From NCBI GenBank assembly GCA_965223265.1, contig OZ244999.1, forward strand, positions 6,144,001-6,208,000: a stretch of DNA of 64,000 nucleotides, read 5' to 3'. The notes beneath the pieces are model-generated. The model made no database searches, was not told the DNA's origin, and saw only the letters and a program-made list of their open reading frames with translations. Shown piece by piece: positions 39,241 through 48,906 of the stretch (the stretch's first letter is position 1; every line of letters begins with the position of its first letter). The translations under genes were made by a program, and so were the position numbers. The stretch comes from Planctomycetota bacterium (GTDB taxonomy: Bacteria > Planctomycetota > UBA8108 > SXIK01).

Positions 39241-40845
39241 TTACGAAACAGTGCCCTGCTGGGGCTCCTTTTCTTTGTCGACTTCCGTTATCAGTACGTC
39301 GGCGGTGAGACTCAGCGAGGCGGCACTCACGGCGTTCTGCAGCGACGTCATCGCCACTTTGGCGGGATCGATGACCCCTGCCTTCACCAGATCCGTGTAC
39401 TCACGGGCTTTCGCGTCGTAGCCATTGTTGCCCTTGCGGTCGTAAACCTCTGCGACCACTTCGCCGCCGTCGAGCCCGCCATTCTCGGCGATTCTCCGCA
39501 GCGGCTCCTCGAGAGCAGCCTTGACGACTTCGACGCCGAACTGCTCGTCGCCGCGCGCCTTGAAATCCTCAAGCTCACGGCAAGCACGCAAATACGCGGT
39601 ACCACCGCCGGCGACGACTCCCTCTTCCACGGCCGCGCGCGTGGCGTGGAGAGCGTCGGTGGCGCGGTCCTTGCGCTCCTTCATTTCGATCTCGGTGTGA
39701 CCACCGATGTAAAGCACACCGATGCCTTCCGACAGCTTGGCTTTACGTTCGATGAACTTTTCCTTGTCGTATGTCGACGTGGTCTGCTCGATCTGAGCGT
39801 TGATCTGATCGATGCGGTCTTGTACGGCTGACTTCTTACCAGCGCCGTTGAGAATCGTCGTCTTGTCCTTGGTGACGACGATTTTCTTCGCACTGCCAAG
39901 ATGAGAGAGCTCAATGTTTTGGAGCGTCAGACCCAGATCCTCGGAAATCAATGAACCACCGGTCAGAATCGCCATATCCTCGAGAAGGTTACGGCGACGA
40001 TCTCCGAACCCAGGCGACTTCACCGCAACGACTGGCAAAACGCCCTGAAGCTTGTTGATCACGAGTGCCGTGAGAACATCGCCTTCAACGTCCTCGGCGA
40101 CGATCACTAGTGGGCGATTCGACATCGCGATTTGCTCGAGAAACGGCACGAATTCCTGCAAGCTCGAGAGTTTCTTCTCGTAGAAGAGAATGTTCGGATT
40201 CTCGTACTCGACACTCATCGTGGCGGGCTCGGTGATGAAATACGGCGAGATGTACCCCTTGTCGAACTGTAGCCCTTGAACCAGCTCGAGATAAGTTTCC
40301 GTTCCAGTGCTCTCTTCGATCGTGATGACGCCGTCGTTACCAACCTTCTCCATGGCTTCCGCCAAGTGGTCAGCGACGACTTCGTCGGAATTCGATGAGA
40401 TATATGCCACGTTGCGGACGTCGGTGTAGTTCTTGATCGGAATGCTGAGCCCTTCAATCACGCCAAGAGCCTTCTTCAGCGCGCGCTCCATGCCGCGCCG
40501 CAGGTCCGTGGGGTGGACTCCGCCAGCGAGATACTTCTGACCTTCCGAGAGCATGCGGTCCGCGAGGACAACGGCGGTCGTCGTGCCGTCGCCAACCTGG
40601 TCGTTCGTGCGCGATGCGACTTCATTGAGGAGCTTCGCACCCATGTGCTCAAACGGATCGGGCAGCTCCACCTCCTTCGACACGGTGATGCCGTCTTTCG
40701 TCGTCACCGGCTTGCCGAAACTCTTCTCCAAAATGACGTTCTTGCCCGTCGGTCCGAGTGTCGAGCGAACGGTCTTCGCCAGGATACTCATACCCGCGGT
40801 GAGTTTTTCACGCCCCCGCGCTTCGTACAGCAGCTGTTTCGCCAT
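39241..40845 (-). CDS. groEL: Chaperonin GroEL (copy without GGM tail)
   Basis: TLGPTGKNV, GDGTTTA, FDKGYISPYF, PGFGDRR. Confidence 0.95.
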   Translation of the reverse strand: MAKQLLYEARGREKLTAGMSILAKTVRSTLGPTGKNVILEKSFGKPVTTKDGITVSKEVELPDPFEHMGAKLLNEVASRTNDQVGDGTTTAVVLADRMLSEGQKYLAGGVHPTDLRRGMERALKKALGVIEGLSIPIKNYTDVRNVAYISSNSDEVVADHLAEAMEKVGNDGVITIEESTGTETYLELVQGLQFDKGYISPYFITEPATMSVEYENPNILFYEKKLSSLQEFVPFLEQIAMSNRPLVIVAEDVEGDVLTALVINKLQGVLPVVAVKSPGFGDRRRNLLEDMAILTGGSLISEDLGLTLQNIELSHLGSAKKIVVTKDKTTILNGAGKKSAVQDRIDQINAQIEQTTSTYDKEKFIERKAKLSEGIGVLYIGGHTEIEMKERKDRATDALHATRAAVEEGVVAGGGTAYLRACRELEDFKARGDEQFGVEVVKAALEEPLRRIAENGGLDGGEVVAEVYDRKGNNGYDAKAREYTDLVKAGVIDPAKVAMTSLQNAVSAASLSLTADVLITEVDKEKEPQQGTVS

Positions 40846-40990
40846 GCTTTGACTCTCTCCTTCCCTCGACCGGCCTCGTGCCGACCAGGGTCGCTATTTG
40901 AATGATTCGTTTTTCTGACGGACTTTCGTGATACGCGCGCAGACGCGATCGAATGCGCCGCGGCGGTTCATGCCAGACGGCTCGGGCACG

Positions 40991-42748
40991 TCACATGCCC
41001 ATTCCCATTCCGCCCATGCCTCCCATTCCACCCATGCCTCCCATTCCACCCATGCCTCCCATTCCGCCCATGCCACCCATTCCGCCCATGCCACCCATTC
41101 CGCCCATGCCACCCATTTCGTCGTGGTGATGGTGGTGGTGGTCATCGTCATCGTCTTCTTCTTGCGGGATATTCGCCACAAGGGTGTCCGACGTCAAAAG
41201 CACGGTCGCAACGCTCAAGGCGTTCTCAAAGGCGGAGCGGACAACCTTCGTGGCGTCAATCACGCCTTCTTTGACGAGATCACAAAACTCGTCGCGCACG
41301 ATGTCGTAGCCGATGCGGCGGTTCTTGCCGCCTCGGATGTTCCGCGTCACGGTTGCTGGCTCGATCCCGCCATTAGCACACAGCTGCCGAATCGGGGCTT
41401 CAAGCGCCTTGCGAACAATCTCAAGGCCATGAGCATCTTCAACGCCCTTACCTTTGACCGCAGCGAGGTCTTCAGCGGCTCGAAAGAGAGCCACACCGCC
41501 GCCCGGCAAAATGCCCTCTGCGACGGCAGCACGTGTCGCGTTGAGTGCGGACTCGTAGCGCGACTTCTTTTCCTTCATGTCGCTCTCGGTCGGCGCACCA
41601 ACGCGGATGACCGCGACGCCTCCCGCCAGCTTGGCGAGCCGCTCTTGCAGTTTCTCCTGGTCGTACTCGCTGGTCGTATCCTCGAGCTCCCGGCGAATCT
41701 CGTTGGCCCGCGCTTCAATATCGCGCTTTTTGCCGCCGCCCTGCACCACCGTCGTTGCCTCTGACGTGATGCGAACCTTCTTCGCGGACCCAAGATCGGC
41801 GATCTCGACCTTGTCCAGCTCGATCCCCAAGTCCTTGAAGATCGCGCGGCCGCCCGTGAGCGCAGCAAGATCTTGCAGCATCGCTTTGCGCCGATCGCCG
41901 TACGCGGGCGCCTTGACGGCAGCACACTTGAGGACGCCTTTAAGCGTGTTGACGACAAGCGTCGCCAGCACCTCGCCCTCGATATCCTCTGCGACGATCA
42001 GAAGCGGCCGTTTTTTCTGCAGCACCTTCTCGAGAAGCGGCAACACTTTCGGCAGGGTTGTGATCTTCTCTTCGAAGATGAGGATCAACGGATCGTTGAG
42101 CTCGCAAACCATCTTGTCGGGATTGGTGACGAAGTGCGGCGACAGATAGCCGCGGTCAAATTCCATTCCCTCAACGACTTCTACAGTCGTGTCGAGCTCC
42201 TTACCTTCCTCGATCGTGACGACGCCATCGCGTCCGACCTTCTCGAGGGCTTCCGCAAGTCGCGAACCGATGTTCTTGTCATTGTTGCTTGCGATCGTTG
42301 CCACGGCTCGAATCTGGTCGTGCGACGACACCGAGCTCGAGAGACTCCGCAGCGATTTGACAACGTGCTCGGCACCGCGCCGCATGCCGCGCGCCAGGAG
42401 CATCGGATTGAATCCCGCGGTGACCAGTTTGAGCCCCTGCAGGTAGAGGGCTTCCGCAAGCACCGTGCTGGTGGTGCTGCCGTCTCCCGCTGCGTCGCTC
42501 GTCTTCTCCGCCGATTCGCGGACCAAGCGAGCCGCTAAGTTCTCGTAGGCATCAATGAGTTCGATCTCGTCTGCGACGCTGGCGCCGTCCTTGGTTACCA
42601 GCGGCTCGCCCCAGCCACGATCGATGCAGGCGTTCCGCCCCGATGGCCCGAGCGTGGTTTTCACGGCCTTGGCCAGCTTCGTGACCCCCTGGCGGAGGCT
42701 CGCATTGGCCTCGTCGCCGAATGCCAGTTGCTTCGGATTCTGCGGCAT
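40991..42748 (-). CDS. groEL: Chaperonin GroEL (copy with acidic/His6/GGM tail)
   Basis: TLGPSGRN, GDGSTTS, FDRGYLSPHF; tail EEDDDDDHHHHHHDE then about 12 MGG repeats. Confidence 0.95.
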   Translation of the reverse strand: MPQNPKQLAFGDEANASLRQGVTKLAKAVKTTLGPSGRNACIDRGWGEPLVTKDGASVADEIELIDAYENLAARLVRESAEKTSDAAGDGSTTSTVLAEALYLQGLKLVTAGFNPMLLARGMRRGAEHVVKSLRSLSSSVSSHDQIRAVATIASNNDKNIGSRLAEALEKVGRDGVVTIEEGKELDTTVEVVEGMEFDRGYLSPHFVTNPDKMVCELNDPLILIFEEKITTLPKVLPLLEKVLQKKRPLLIVAEDIEGEVLATLVVNTLKGVLKCAAVKAPAYGDRRKAMLQDLAALTGGRAIFKDLGIELDKVEIADLGSAKKVRITSEATTVVQGGGKKRDIEARANEIRRELEDTTSEYDQEKLQERLAKLAGGVAVIRVGAPTESDMKEKKSRYESALNATRAAVAEGILPGGGVALFRAAEDLAAVKGKGVEDAHGLEIVRKALEAPIRQLCANGGIEPATVTRNIRGGKNRRIGYDIVRDEFCDLVKEGVIDATKVVRSAFENALSVATVLLTSDTLVANIPQEEDDDDDHHHHHHDEMGGMGGMGGMGGMGGMGGMGGMGGMGGMGGMGGMGGMGMGM

Positions 42749-43144
42749 GGAAAGGATTTCCTCTTCTAATAAGGAGACGTCTTGTAAGTTGCCGTGTGGC
42801 GTCCGCCGAAAGAGCCGAGTGTCGCGGCAAGCTGGAGGAACCTGCCGCCGAGCGCACGGCGCGGTTTTTCGGACTCGTTAAACTACCAAGTCCGACCGAT
42901 TATGCAAACGCGTAGCCAACAGAACGCGGACGCCAACGTGTTACTGTCAGAAAGGTTATGGCTGACGCCACATCTGCCAACTTGGCAGCAAGGGCGAACA
43001 AACGCCGCCGCACTCTGCCAGAGTGACACACGGAAGTTCCGGTAGCTGCGGTTGACCGGTCTCAATTTCGTCGCAGGTTGAACCGATACAAGAGAGAGAC
43101 TGGGACCATGTATAGAAACCAGCGCCTACTTCAGCGAGCGGACA

Positions 43145-43360
43145 GTGAACGACCGTTACAAATTCTTCGGTGAGATTGCTCTCGAAAAGCGGTTCGTCAC
43201 CCCAGACCAACTCTACGAAGCGCTCACCACGCAGGCGCGGACCAAGGTCGACGGCGGACAAGAAAAGCTTCTTGGACAGATCCTCCTCGAGCTCGGATAC
43301 ATCACCGAGGAAGAGGTGCAGCAAGTCCTCGATATCCTCTACCCGGTCAACGACACGTAG
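43145..43360 (+). CDS. Stand-alone MshEN-motif small protein
   Basis: FGEIALEKRFVTPDQLYEALTTQ...LLGQILLELGYITEEEVQQVL. Confidence 0.75.
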   Translation: MNDRYKFFGEIALEKRFVTPDQLYEALTTQARTKVDGGQEKLLGQILLELGYITEEEVQQVLDILYPVNDT

Positions 43361-43556
43361 AGGCCTTCTCACGGCGGGAACCTCGGCCCACGCTGGCGTG
43401 AGCGCTCTCAGTATGTCCCGGGGTACAACCGGCTCATGTCTCGGCTCGTCTGACCCTGAAACGAGCTCTCTCGGCCGAGTGGCTCAACTCGGGACCGGCG
43501 CGCCCAGATCATCCGCTTTGCCGACGGCAGCCCGATCTTCCCCAGGTGGGCTCTAT

Positions 43557-44357
43557 CTATCGCCACAGCGCCGTCACCGGGGCGCCCCTCCCGACGCCGA
43601 GCTCACGAGCAGCGCTGCCGCCGTTGACCGCGACCTCCACAAAGCCGCTCGAGCCGACGAGAGCCAGCGCCCGTCCCACGGGCGCCGAGCCGTAGGTGCG
43701 ACGCAGCCGCCGCGCTGCGAACCCGGCGCAGTGCAGCTCGGCGAGTTTCTCTCCGGCACGCGGCCGGAGGTTCGAGATCAAATTGCCGAATCGGTCAACA
43801 CAAATGATCTCTCCGCGTTCCTGGGCACCGCCTTCAACCCGTCGCCGCCGTGGCCGCGGCAAACGGCTGGCGAGAAATCGTTTCGTACGTGGCCCTAGAT
43901 CCTTCACGGTTGCGGCGCCAGACGCCAAATGCGCGGCAACTGGCGCAAAGATGTCGCGGCCGTGAAACGTAGCACTCACCTGCGGCAAGAAGAAACGTCG
44001 ACGCCGAACCTCGACGACACGGTCGATGGCGGCGGCCGGCAGTACGTAGCCGATGAGCCCATTGTCCGGCGCCAGGAAAACAGATCCGCGCGACTCGAAG
44101 GCGAGGATGCGGCGTCCCGTCCCAACTCCCGGGTCCACGACGGCGACGTGGATCGTGCCCGGCGGGAAGTAAGGCGCCGCGGCACTCCATACGATGCCCG
44201 CCTGCTGCAGGTCCTGCGGCGCGATGCTGTGACAAATATCGACGACCGAGACGCCAGGTGCGATGCGCGAGAGCACCCCTTTCATCGCCGCAACGTACCC
44301 GTCCTGATCGCCGAAATCAGTCAGCAGCGACACTTGCGAGGATGGCGCCAAAGCCAT
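43557..44357 (-). CDS. SAM-dependent halogenase / SAM hydroxide adenosyltransferase (DUF62)
   Basis: LLTDFG, VVDPGVG, APDNG, TFHGRDIFAP, DRFGN. Confidence 0.92.
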   Translation of the reverse strand: MALAPSSQVSLLTDFGDQDGYVAAMKGVLSRIAPGVSVVDICHSIAPQDLQQAGIVWSAAAPYFPPGTIHVAVVDPGVGTGRRILAFESRGSVFLAPDNGLIGYVLPAAAIDRVVEVRRRRFFLPQVSATFHGRDIFAPVAAHLASGAATVKDLGPRTKRFLASRLPRPRRRRVEGGAQERGEIICVDRFGNLISNLRPRAGEKLAELHCAGFAARRLRRTYGSAPVGRALALVGSSGFVEVAVNGGSAARELGVGRGAPVTALWR

Positions 44358-44362
44358 TGGCG

Positions 44363-45415
44363 CTACCGAGGTTCGCCCAGCGAATGGAGTGGTCCGGACG
44401 ACGGCACTGGTGCTGCCGTGTTGCCGCCGTCCTCCGACGTGTCGAAGGTGCGGCGCGGTTGCCGCCGCACGCCGGTCATTTCAAGTCGGTGCAAGTGAAT
44501 CTCGGCGTACTCACCGAAACGCTCCGGGCGCGCGACGATGTAACGAAGGTGCTGGAGTACGCGATCGTCACCGATCGTGCGCGGCGCTATCGAGAGAGGA
44601 GAGCGCCCCCAAGCGACGCGACAGCCCTGCCAGTAGAGGGCGACTTCGCTGCGGCTTGGATCTCGACGACCATCAACGTTGCCGACGTCGATCCGCTCGA
44701 TCGGGTGATCTAAAAAGCGCCCGAGAAATCCGTGTTCGGACAGAATCTTGGCGACAGCCAGACCGCTCAAAACGTCGTAATCAGACCAGTGCTCGCCCGC
44801 GGGCGGCACCCGGGCCGCGGTCGCTGAGGCGTGCGTGATCGCCGGCACGCCAAACCAATCTGTCGGTGCGTCAGCGTAAGCATCTCCGACGCGGCGGCCC
44901 TCGGCATCGATGAGGTAGAAGCTCCCTTCGACATCCACCAGCGCGGCGGGACGTCGCAGTTCCACCTCGAGCAAGAGCGCACCTTTTTTCTGCGCGGTCG
45001 GATAGACGACATCTACGGATTCGACCCTCTCAACCCACGCGTTCGTCTCGAAGCGCTCGCGGACCACATCGAGGACGCCCCGATTGAAGAGTGTCAATCC
45101 AACTCCAGAGAGGTCCGTCGATTCCACTTGGCTTTGAATCTCCGGCGTCACCCAATCGGGGAGCTCCGAGAGGCCGACCTGCCAGTCCTCGATCGAATAG
45201 CGCGGCTGCGAACCGACGTGCCGCCGGACCTCCACCGAACCCCAAACCGCCGCAATCACACTCGCCACCGCCAAAACGGCAAGGAGAATGCGCGCTGCAC
45301 TACGCAAAATGCCGCCGGAGTCGGCTCCGGTCCCCGATCTTTTGGCTCGTCTCGTTTTCGCCACGTTGTCTGCGTTTCTTTCCTTCGTACCGCTGCTCTG
45401 GCGTTGCGTGCTCAA
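44363..45415 (-). CDS. ftsQ: FtsQ/DivIB-like protein
   Basis: Basic N-terminus, single TM, POTRA-like segment ending WVERV...LRRP.A; positioned after murB. Confidence 0.65.
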   Translation of the reverse strand: MSTQRQSSGTKERNADNVAKTRRAKRSGTGADSGGILRSAARILLAVLAVASVIAAVWGSVEVRRHVGSQPRYSIEDWQVGLSELPDWVTPEIQSQVESTDLSGVGLTLFNRGVLDVVRERFETNAWVERVESVDVVYPTAQKKGALLLEVELRRPAALVDVEGSFYLIDAEGRRVGDAYADAPTDWFGVPAITHASATAARVPPAGEHWSDYDVLSGLAVAKILSEHGFLGRFLDHPIERIDVGNVDGRRDPSRSEVALYWQGCRVAWGRSPLSIAPRTIGDDRVLQHLRYIVARPERFGEYAEIHLHRLEMTGVRRQPRRTFDTSEDGGNTAAPVPSSGPLHSLGEPR

Positions 45416-45418
45416 TTC

Positions 45419-46327
45419 TCAGGCAAGCACGACTTCCGTCTCGAGCTCGATTCCAGTCCTGCTCGCGACGCGCTCGATGACATCGGCCACAAGCGCCTTG
45501 ACGTCAGCGGCTGTCGCCTCACCGCTAGCGTTGACGATAAAGTTCGCGTGTCGCTGCGAGATGGCAGCACCTCCGCGGCGAACGCCTTTGAGCCCAAGTC
45601 TTTCGATCAACTGCCCCGCAGCGCCACCGTTTGGGTTACGGAAGATACACCCGGCACTCGGCGAGTGGAGGGGCTGCGTCGCGACCTTGCGGCGCATCAG
45701 GCGGCTGGCGCGCTCCTTCAGCCGAGCGCGCTGGTCGCGGCACAGCTGCAGTCGTGCCCACGCGACCACGCAGTCGTCCAGACCTGACGTCCGATAGGCC
45801 CAGGGTACGTCGCTGCCCTTAAGGCGTTGGAGGCCACCGCCGCGCAGAGGTACGACGCCAAGCTCAACGACGCGCTCGCCAAACGCCCACCCGGCGCCGC
45901 CGGCGTTCATACTGACGGCACCACCGCACGTGCCCGGGATGCCGACAAAGCCCTCAAGACCGCCCAACCCCGCCTGAATCGACGACCGGATCAATGCGTT
46001 GAGACGTGCCCCAGCGCTCACCGTCATCAACTCGCCGCGGATTTCGAAATCGCGCAAGCCGCCGGTCGAAATCACCGGACGGTCATAGTCGCCGTCTGGA
46101 AAAAGAACGTTCGCCCCACCACCCAGTACAAAGGGGTCCTTCCCCTCACCTGCCAGGCGCGTCAAAAGCGAGTCGAGCTCGTCGACGCCGCGCGGAGCAT
46201 AGAATTCCCGAGCGCGACCGCCAATGCGAAACGTCGTGAGCGGACCCAGCTCAACGAACCGGCCCCGCGCGCCGGGGGCGACAGAACGATCGTCTCTGGG
46301 TTGTCGACTTGCCAGCTTGGGTCTCAT
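45419..46327 (-). CDS. murB: UDP-N-acetylenolpyruvoylglucosamine reductase
   Basis: TTFRIGG, IPGTCGGA..MNAG, SAGCIFRNP, HANFIVN, LETEV. Confidence 0.95.
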   Translation of the reverse strand: MRPKLASRQPRDDRSVAPGARGRFVELGPLTTFRIGGRAREFYAPRGVDELDSLLTRLAGEGKDPFVLGGGANVLFPDGDYDRPVISTGGLRDFEIRGELMTVSAGARLNALIRSSIQAGLGGLEGFVGIPGTCGGAVSMNAGGAGWAFGERVVELGVVPLRGGGLQRLKGSDVPWAYRTSGLDDCVVAWARLQLCRDQRARLKERASRLMRRKVATQPLHSPSAGCIFRNPNGGAAGQLIERLGLKGVRRGGAAISQRHANFIVNASGEATAADVKALVADVIERVASRTGIELETEVVLA

Positions 46328-46401
46328 CGTCTTCCTGCGTGCTGCGGCGACTTCAGCCACCACTTCAACGAGTCTGAGCGTTGGTCCAGGGACTCGATCA
46401 G

Positions 46402-47883
46402 TCACGCGATCAGAAGACGTGGATCCGACCTCTGTCGCGACGCTTCCGGCTCGAGCGGCTGAGATCCGATGCGCTCGCGGAGACTCGCCGCATAGTATTT
46501 TGCCAGATCGGTGATGTCCCCAGCGCCTAAGAAAAGGATTGCCGCTTCGTCGGAGACCTCTTCGATCTCCGCGAGAGCGTGGTGAAACTTCGGCGCCAGA
46601 CATGCATCAACACCGCGGGCTCGCAGTCGGTCGACCAGTTGTCCGGAGCGGACGCTGCTCGCGTCTTGATCGGAATCTCGAGCTCGATAGACGTCGACAA
46701 CGATGACTTGGTCAAAGCCGACGAGAGCCGCCGCAAACTCTTCCATGAAATGCTTCAAGCGCGAATGCTGGTGTGGTTGAAAGACGGCGATGCGGCGCTT
46801 GTGGGGAAACCGCGACCGCGCCGCTTCCGCTAGCGACTCGACCTCAGCGGGGTGGTGAGCGTAGTCGTCTACGACCGTCACCGCCCCCGAAGCCAGGACG
46901 TCAAAACGACGTCGCACTCCGGCGAACGCCGCGAGGCCGTGGACAATGGCATCCAATGACACTCCAAGCTGTTGGCAGGTCACGAGCGCCGCCATGGCGT
47001 TCTTGACGTTGTGGACTCCTGGAACGCGGAGCTGCACCCTGGCCTCCGAGCCGCCGCGATGGCGGGCAACGAATTGACAGCCTTCGCCGCGGTGAGTGAT
47101 TTCCTCAGCCCACCATTCGGCCGTGCCGCGCCGCAAACTGAAGGAAGTCACCGGACAACGACACCGGTCCCAGAGGTAGCTTGAGTTCGGATCGTCACGG
47201 TTCAGCACCAGGACGCCATCGGCGGGAAGCAGGCCAACGAATTCGCCAAATGCCGTCTGGATATCAGCCACTGACTCAAAGTAGTCGAGGTGGTCCTGAT
47301 CGATGTTCGTGACGACCGCGATGTTCGGCTTCAAGTTGAGAAAACTGCGGTCGTACTCGCACGCTTCAGCGACGAAGTGAGGGCCACTGCCCCAGCGGGC
47401 TCCGCCGCCGAGAGCGGGGTAATCGCCTCCGATGAGAAACGACGGGTCTAGGTTTGCAGCGTGCAGAATCTGTGACACCATCGCCGTGGTGGTCGTCTTG
47501 CCATGCGTGCCGGCAACGGCAACGCCTGTCTTCTCAGACATCAGATAGCCGAGACACTGCGAGTACTTCCACACCGGAATGCTACGGCTCTGTGCGGCCT
47601 TGACCTCGGGGTTGTCGGAGTCGATCGCCGCCGACACAACCACCAGCTGCGTGCCCTCGTCGACGTTCGTCTCGTTGTGGCCGACGCGGCAGTCGATATT
47701 CTTGCTGCGGAGTCGCTCGAGGACCGGACTGTCGGTCATCTCCGACCCAGACACGGTCGCGCCGCGCTGGTTCAGGAGCATGACCATGCCACGCAGCCCC
47801 GCACCGCCGATACCGACCACGTGCACACGATCAGCGTCATGCGGTGACGCCTCGCGGGAGAGGACAGGTACGTCTCTCTTCAC
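46402..47883 (-). CDS. murC: UDP-N-acetylmuramate--L-alanine ligase
   Basis: GIGGAG, AGTHGKTTT, EACEYD, DDYAHHP, FQPH. Confidence 0.95.
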   Translation of the reverse strand: MKRDVPVLSREASPHDADRVHVVGIGGAGLRGMVMLLNQRGATVSGSEMTDSPVLERLRSKNIDCRVGHNETNVDEGTQLVVVSAAIDSDNPEVKAAQSRSIPVWKYSQCLGYLMSEKTGVAVAGTHGKTTTTAMVSQILHAANLDPSFLIGGDYPALGGGARWGSGPHFVAEACEYDRSFLNLKPNIAVVTNIDQDHLDYFESVADIQTAFGEFVGLLPADGVLVLNRDDPNSSYLWDRCRCPVTSFSLRRGTAEWWAEEITHRGEGCQFVARHRGGSEARVQLRVPGVHNVKNAMAALVTCQQLGVSLDAIVHGLAAFAGVRRRFDVLASGAVTVVDDYAHHPAEVESLAEAARSRFPHKRRIAVFQPHQHSRLKHFMEEFAAALVGFDQVIVVDVYRARDSDQDASSVRSGQLVDRLRARGVDACLAPKFHHALAEIEEVSDEAAILFLGAGDITDLAKYYAASLRERIGSQPLEPEASRQRSDPRLLIA

Positions 47884-48012
47884 CTTCAACTTCCTCTCTA
47901 ACTTCTTCTCACAAAGCTGTACGCATCGAATCAGAAAACCCTTGCCGCTGCCACCCAAAAGTGTGCAGCGAATCACCTCGGCCGCTCAGCAGAGCGCTCA
48001 AGCTCAAAGCCG

Positions 48013-48906
48013 TCACCCACCCTCGCGTGGCGGAATCACCAAGACTTGTCCCTCACGAATTCGGTCTGGCGACGACACTTGGTCGCGGTTCGCCTCGAAG
48101 ATCAGATCGGCCCCGCGTGGATCACCGGGAAAGTATCGTCGAGCGATTTTAGTCAGAGTCTCGCGTGCGGCGACCCGGTGTGTCCGGCGCGCTGGCCTGC
48201 TTCCGTTCAGATCAGACGAAGGCTCAACGGTAGTATCGTTTTCTTCGCGCTCGAACTTTAGCCTGTCTGGAATTTTCTCGGCGCCCTTCGGCTCGCCGGT
48301 GCCGAAGGGAATCCTCAGCACCATGCCAGCGCGTAGATCATGCTCGCTTTCGAGTTGGTCGCGGTTCAGCGCGATCAACTCGGGGTAACGGTCGCCGCGC
48401 CCAAGGAACTGCTCCGCAAGCGTCCACAGGCGGTCGTCCTGCTCGACCTTGTAGACCCCGAGACGCCGTGGTTCGACGAGCCCGTCGCCGGTGGCTCTCT
48501 CCCCCTCGAGGTCGGCTCCTTCGATGAGGTCAGGATCCGCCTCGTGTCGCTCCGTCGGCTCCGGGACGGCGTCCGGCACGTCATCGACGAGCTCCGAGCC
48601 ACCAAAGGCGACCCCGTCGTCGCCGTCCCATGGGATCAGCTCCAGTTGGGATTCGGGTCTCCAGACTCCCTCACGCCAGCGGCTCGGGCCCTCGTCCGCC
48701 AGCTGCAGCGGCTCGGCGAATGGATTCTCGGCCGGCGGCCTCGCCGCACCGCGCGCGCGGTCCGTCGACGTTGACGTCGCTCCGGCGTCGACGTGGGGCG
48801 TGATGCCGTAAAGGATTTGGTCGAGCTCCGGCCGCCGAAATCGGTACATGGCAATGGCACCGGAGGCCAACAGAATCAGGAGAAAGATACGGAAGCCGTT
48901 GGACAT
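48013..48906 (-). CDS. Membrane-anchored tandem LysM protein
   Basis: N-terminal TM; YKVEQDDRLWTLA...LRIP and HRVAARETLTKIA...GQVLVIP. Confidence 0.88.
   Translation of the reverse strand: MSNGFRIFLLILLASGAIAMYRFRRPELDQILYGITPHVDAGATSTSTDRARGAARPPAENPFAEPLQLADEGPSRWREGVWRPESQLELIPWDGDDGVAFGGSELVDDVPDAVPEPTERHEADPDLIEGADLEGERATGDGLVEPRRLGVYKVEQDDRLWTLAEQFLGRGDRYPELIALNRDQLESEHDLRAGMVLRIPFGTGEPKGAEKIPDRLKFEREENDTTVEPSSDLNGSRPARRTHRVAARETLTKIARRYFPGDPRGADLIFEANRDQVSSPDRIREGQVLVIPPREGG

Noticed and set aside
40994-41116. Non-coding 9-bp tandem repeat
   Set aside because: It encodes the GGM tail of GroEL with synonymous variation
43010-43026. CIRCE element
   Set aside because: GCACTC/GAGTG are separated by 5 nt rather than 9 and the TTA/TAA ends are missing
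43557-44357. True fluorinase/chlorinase in a biosynthetic cluster
   Set aside because: No biosynthetic context; motifs fit the common DUF62 SAM hydrolase and specificity cannot be read by eye
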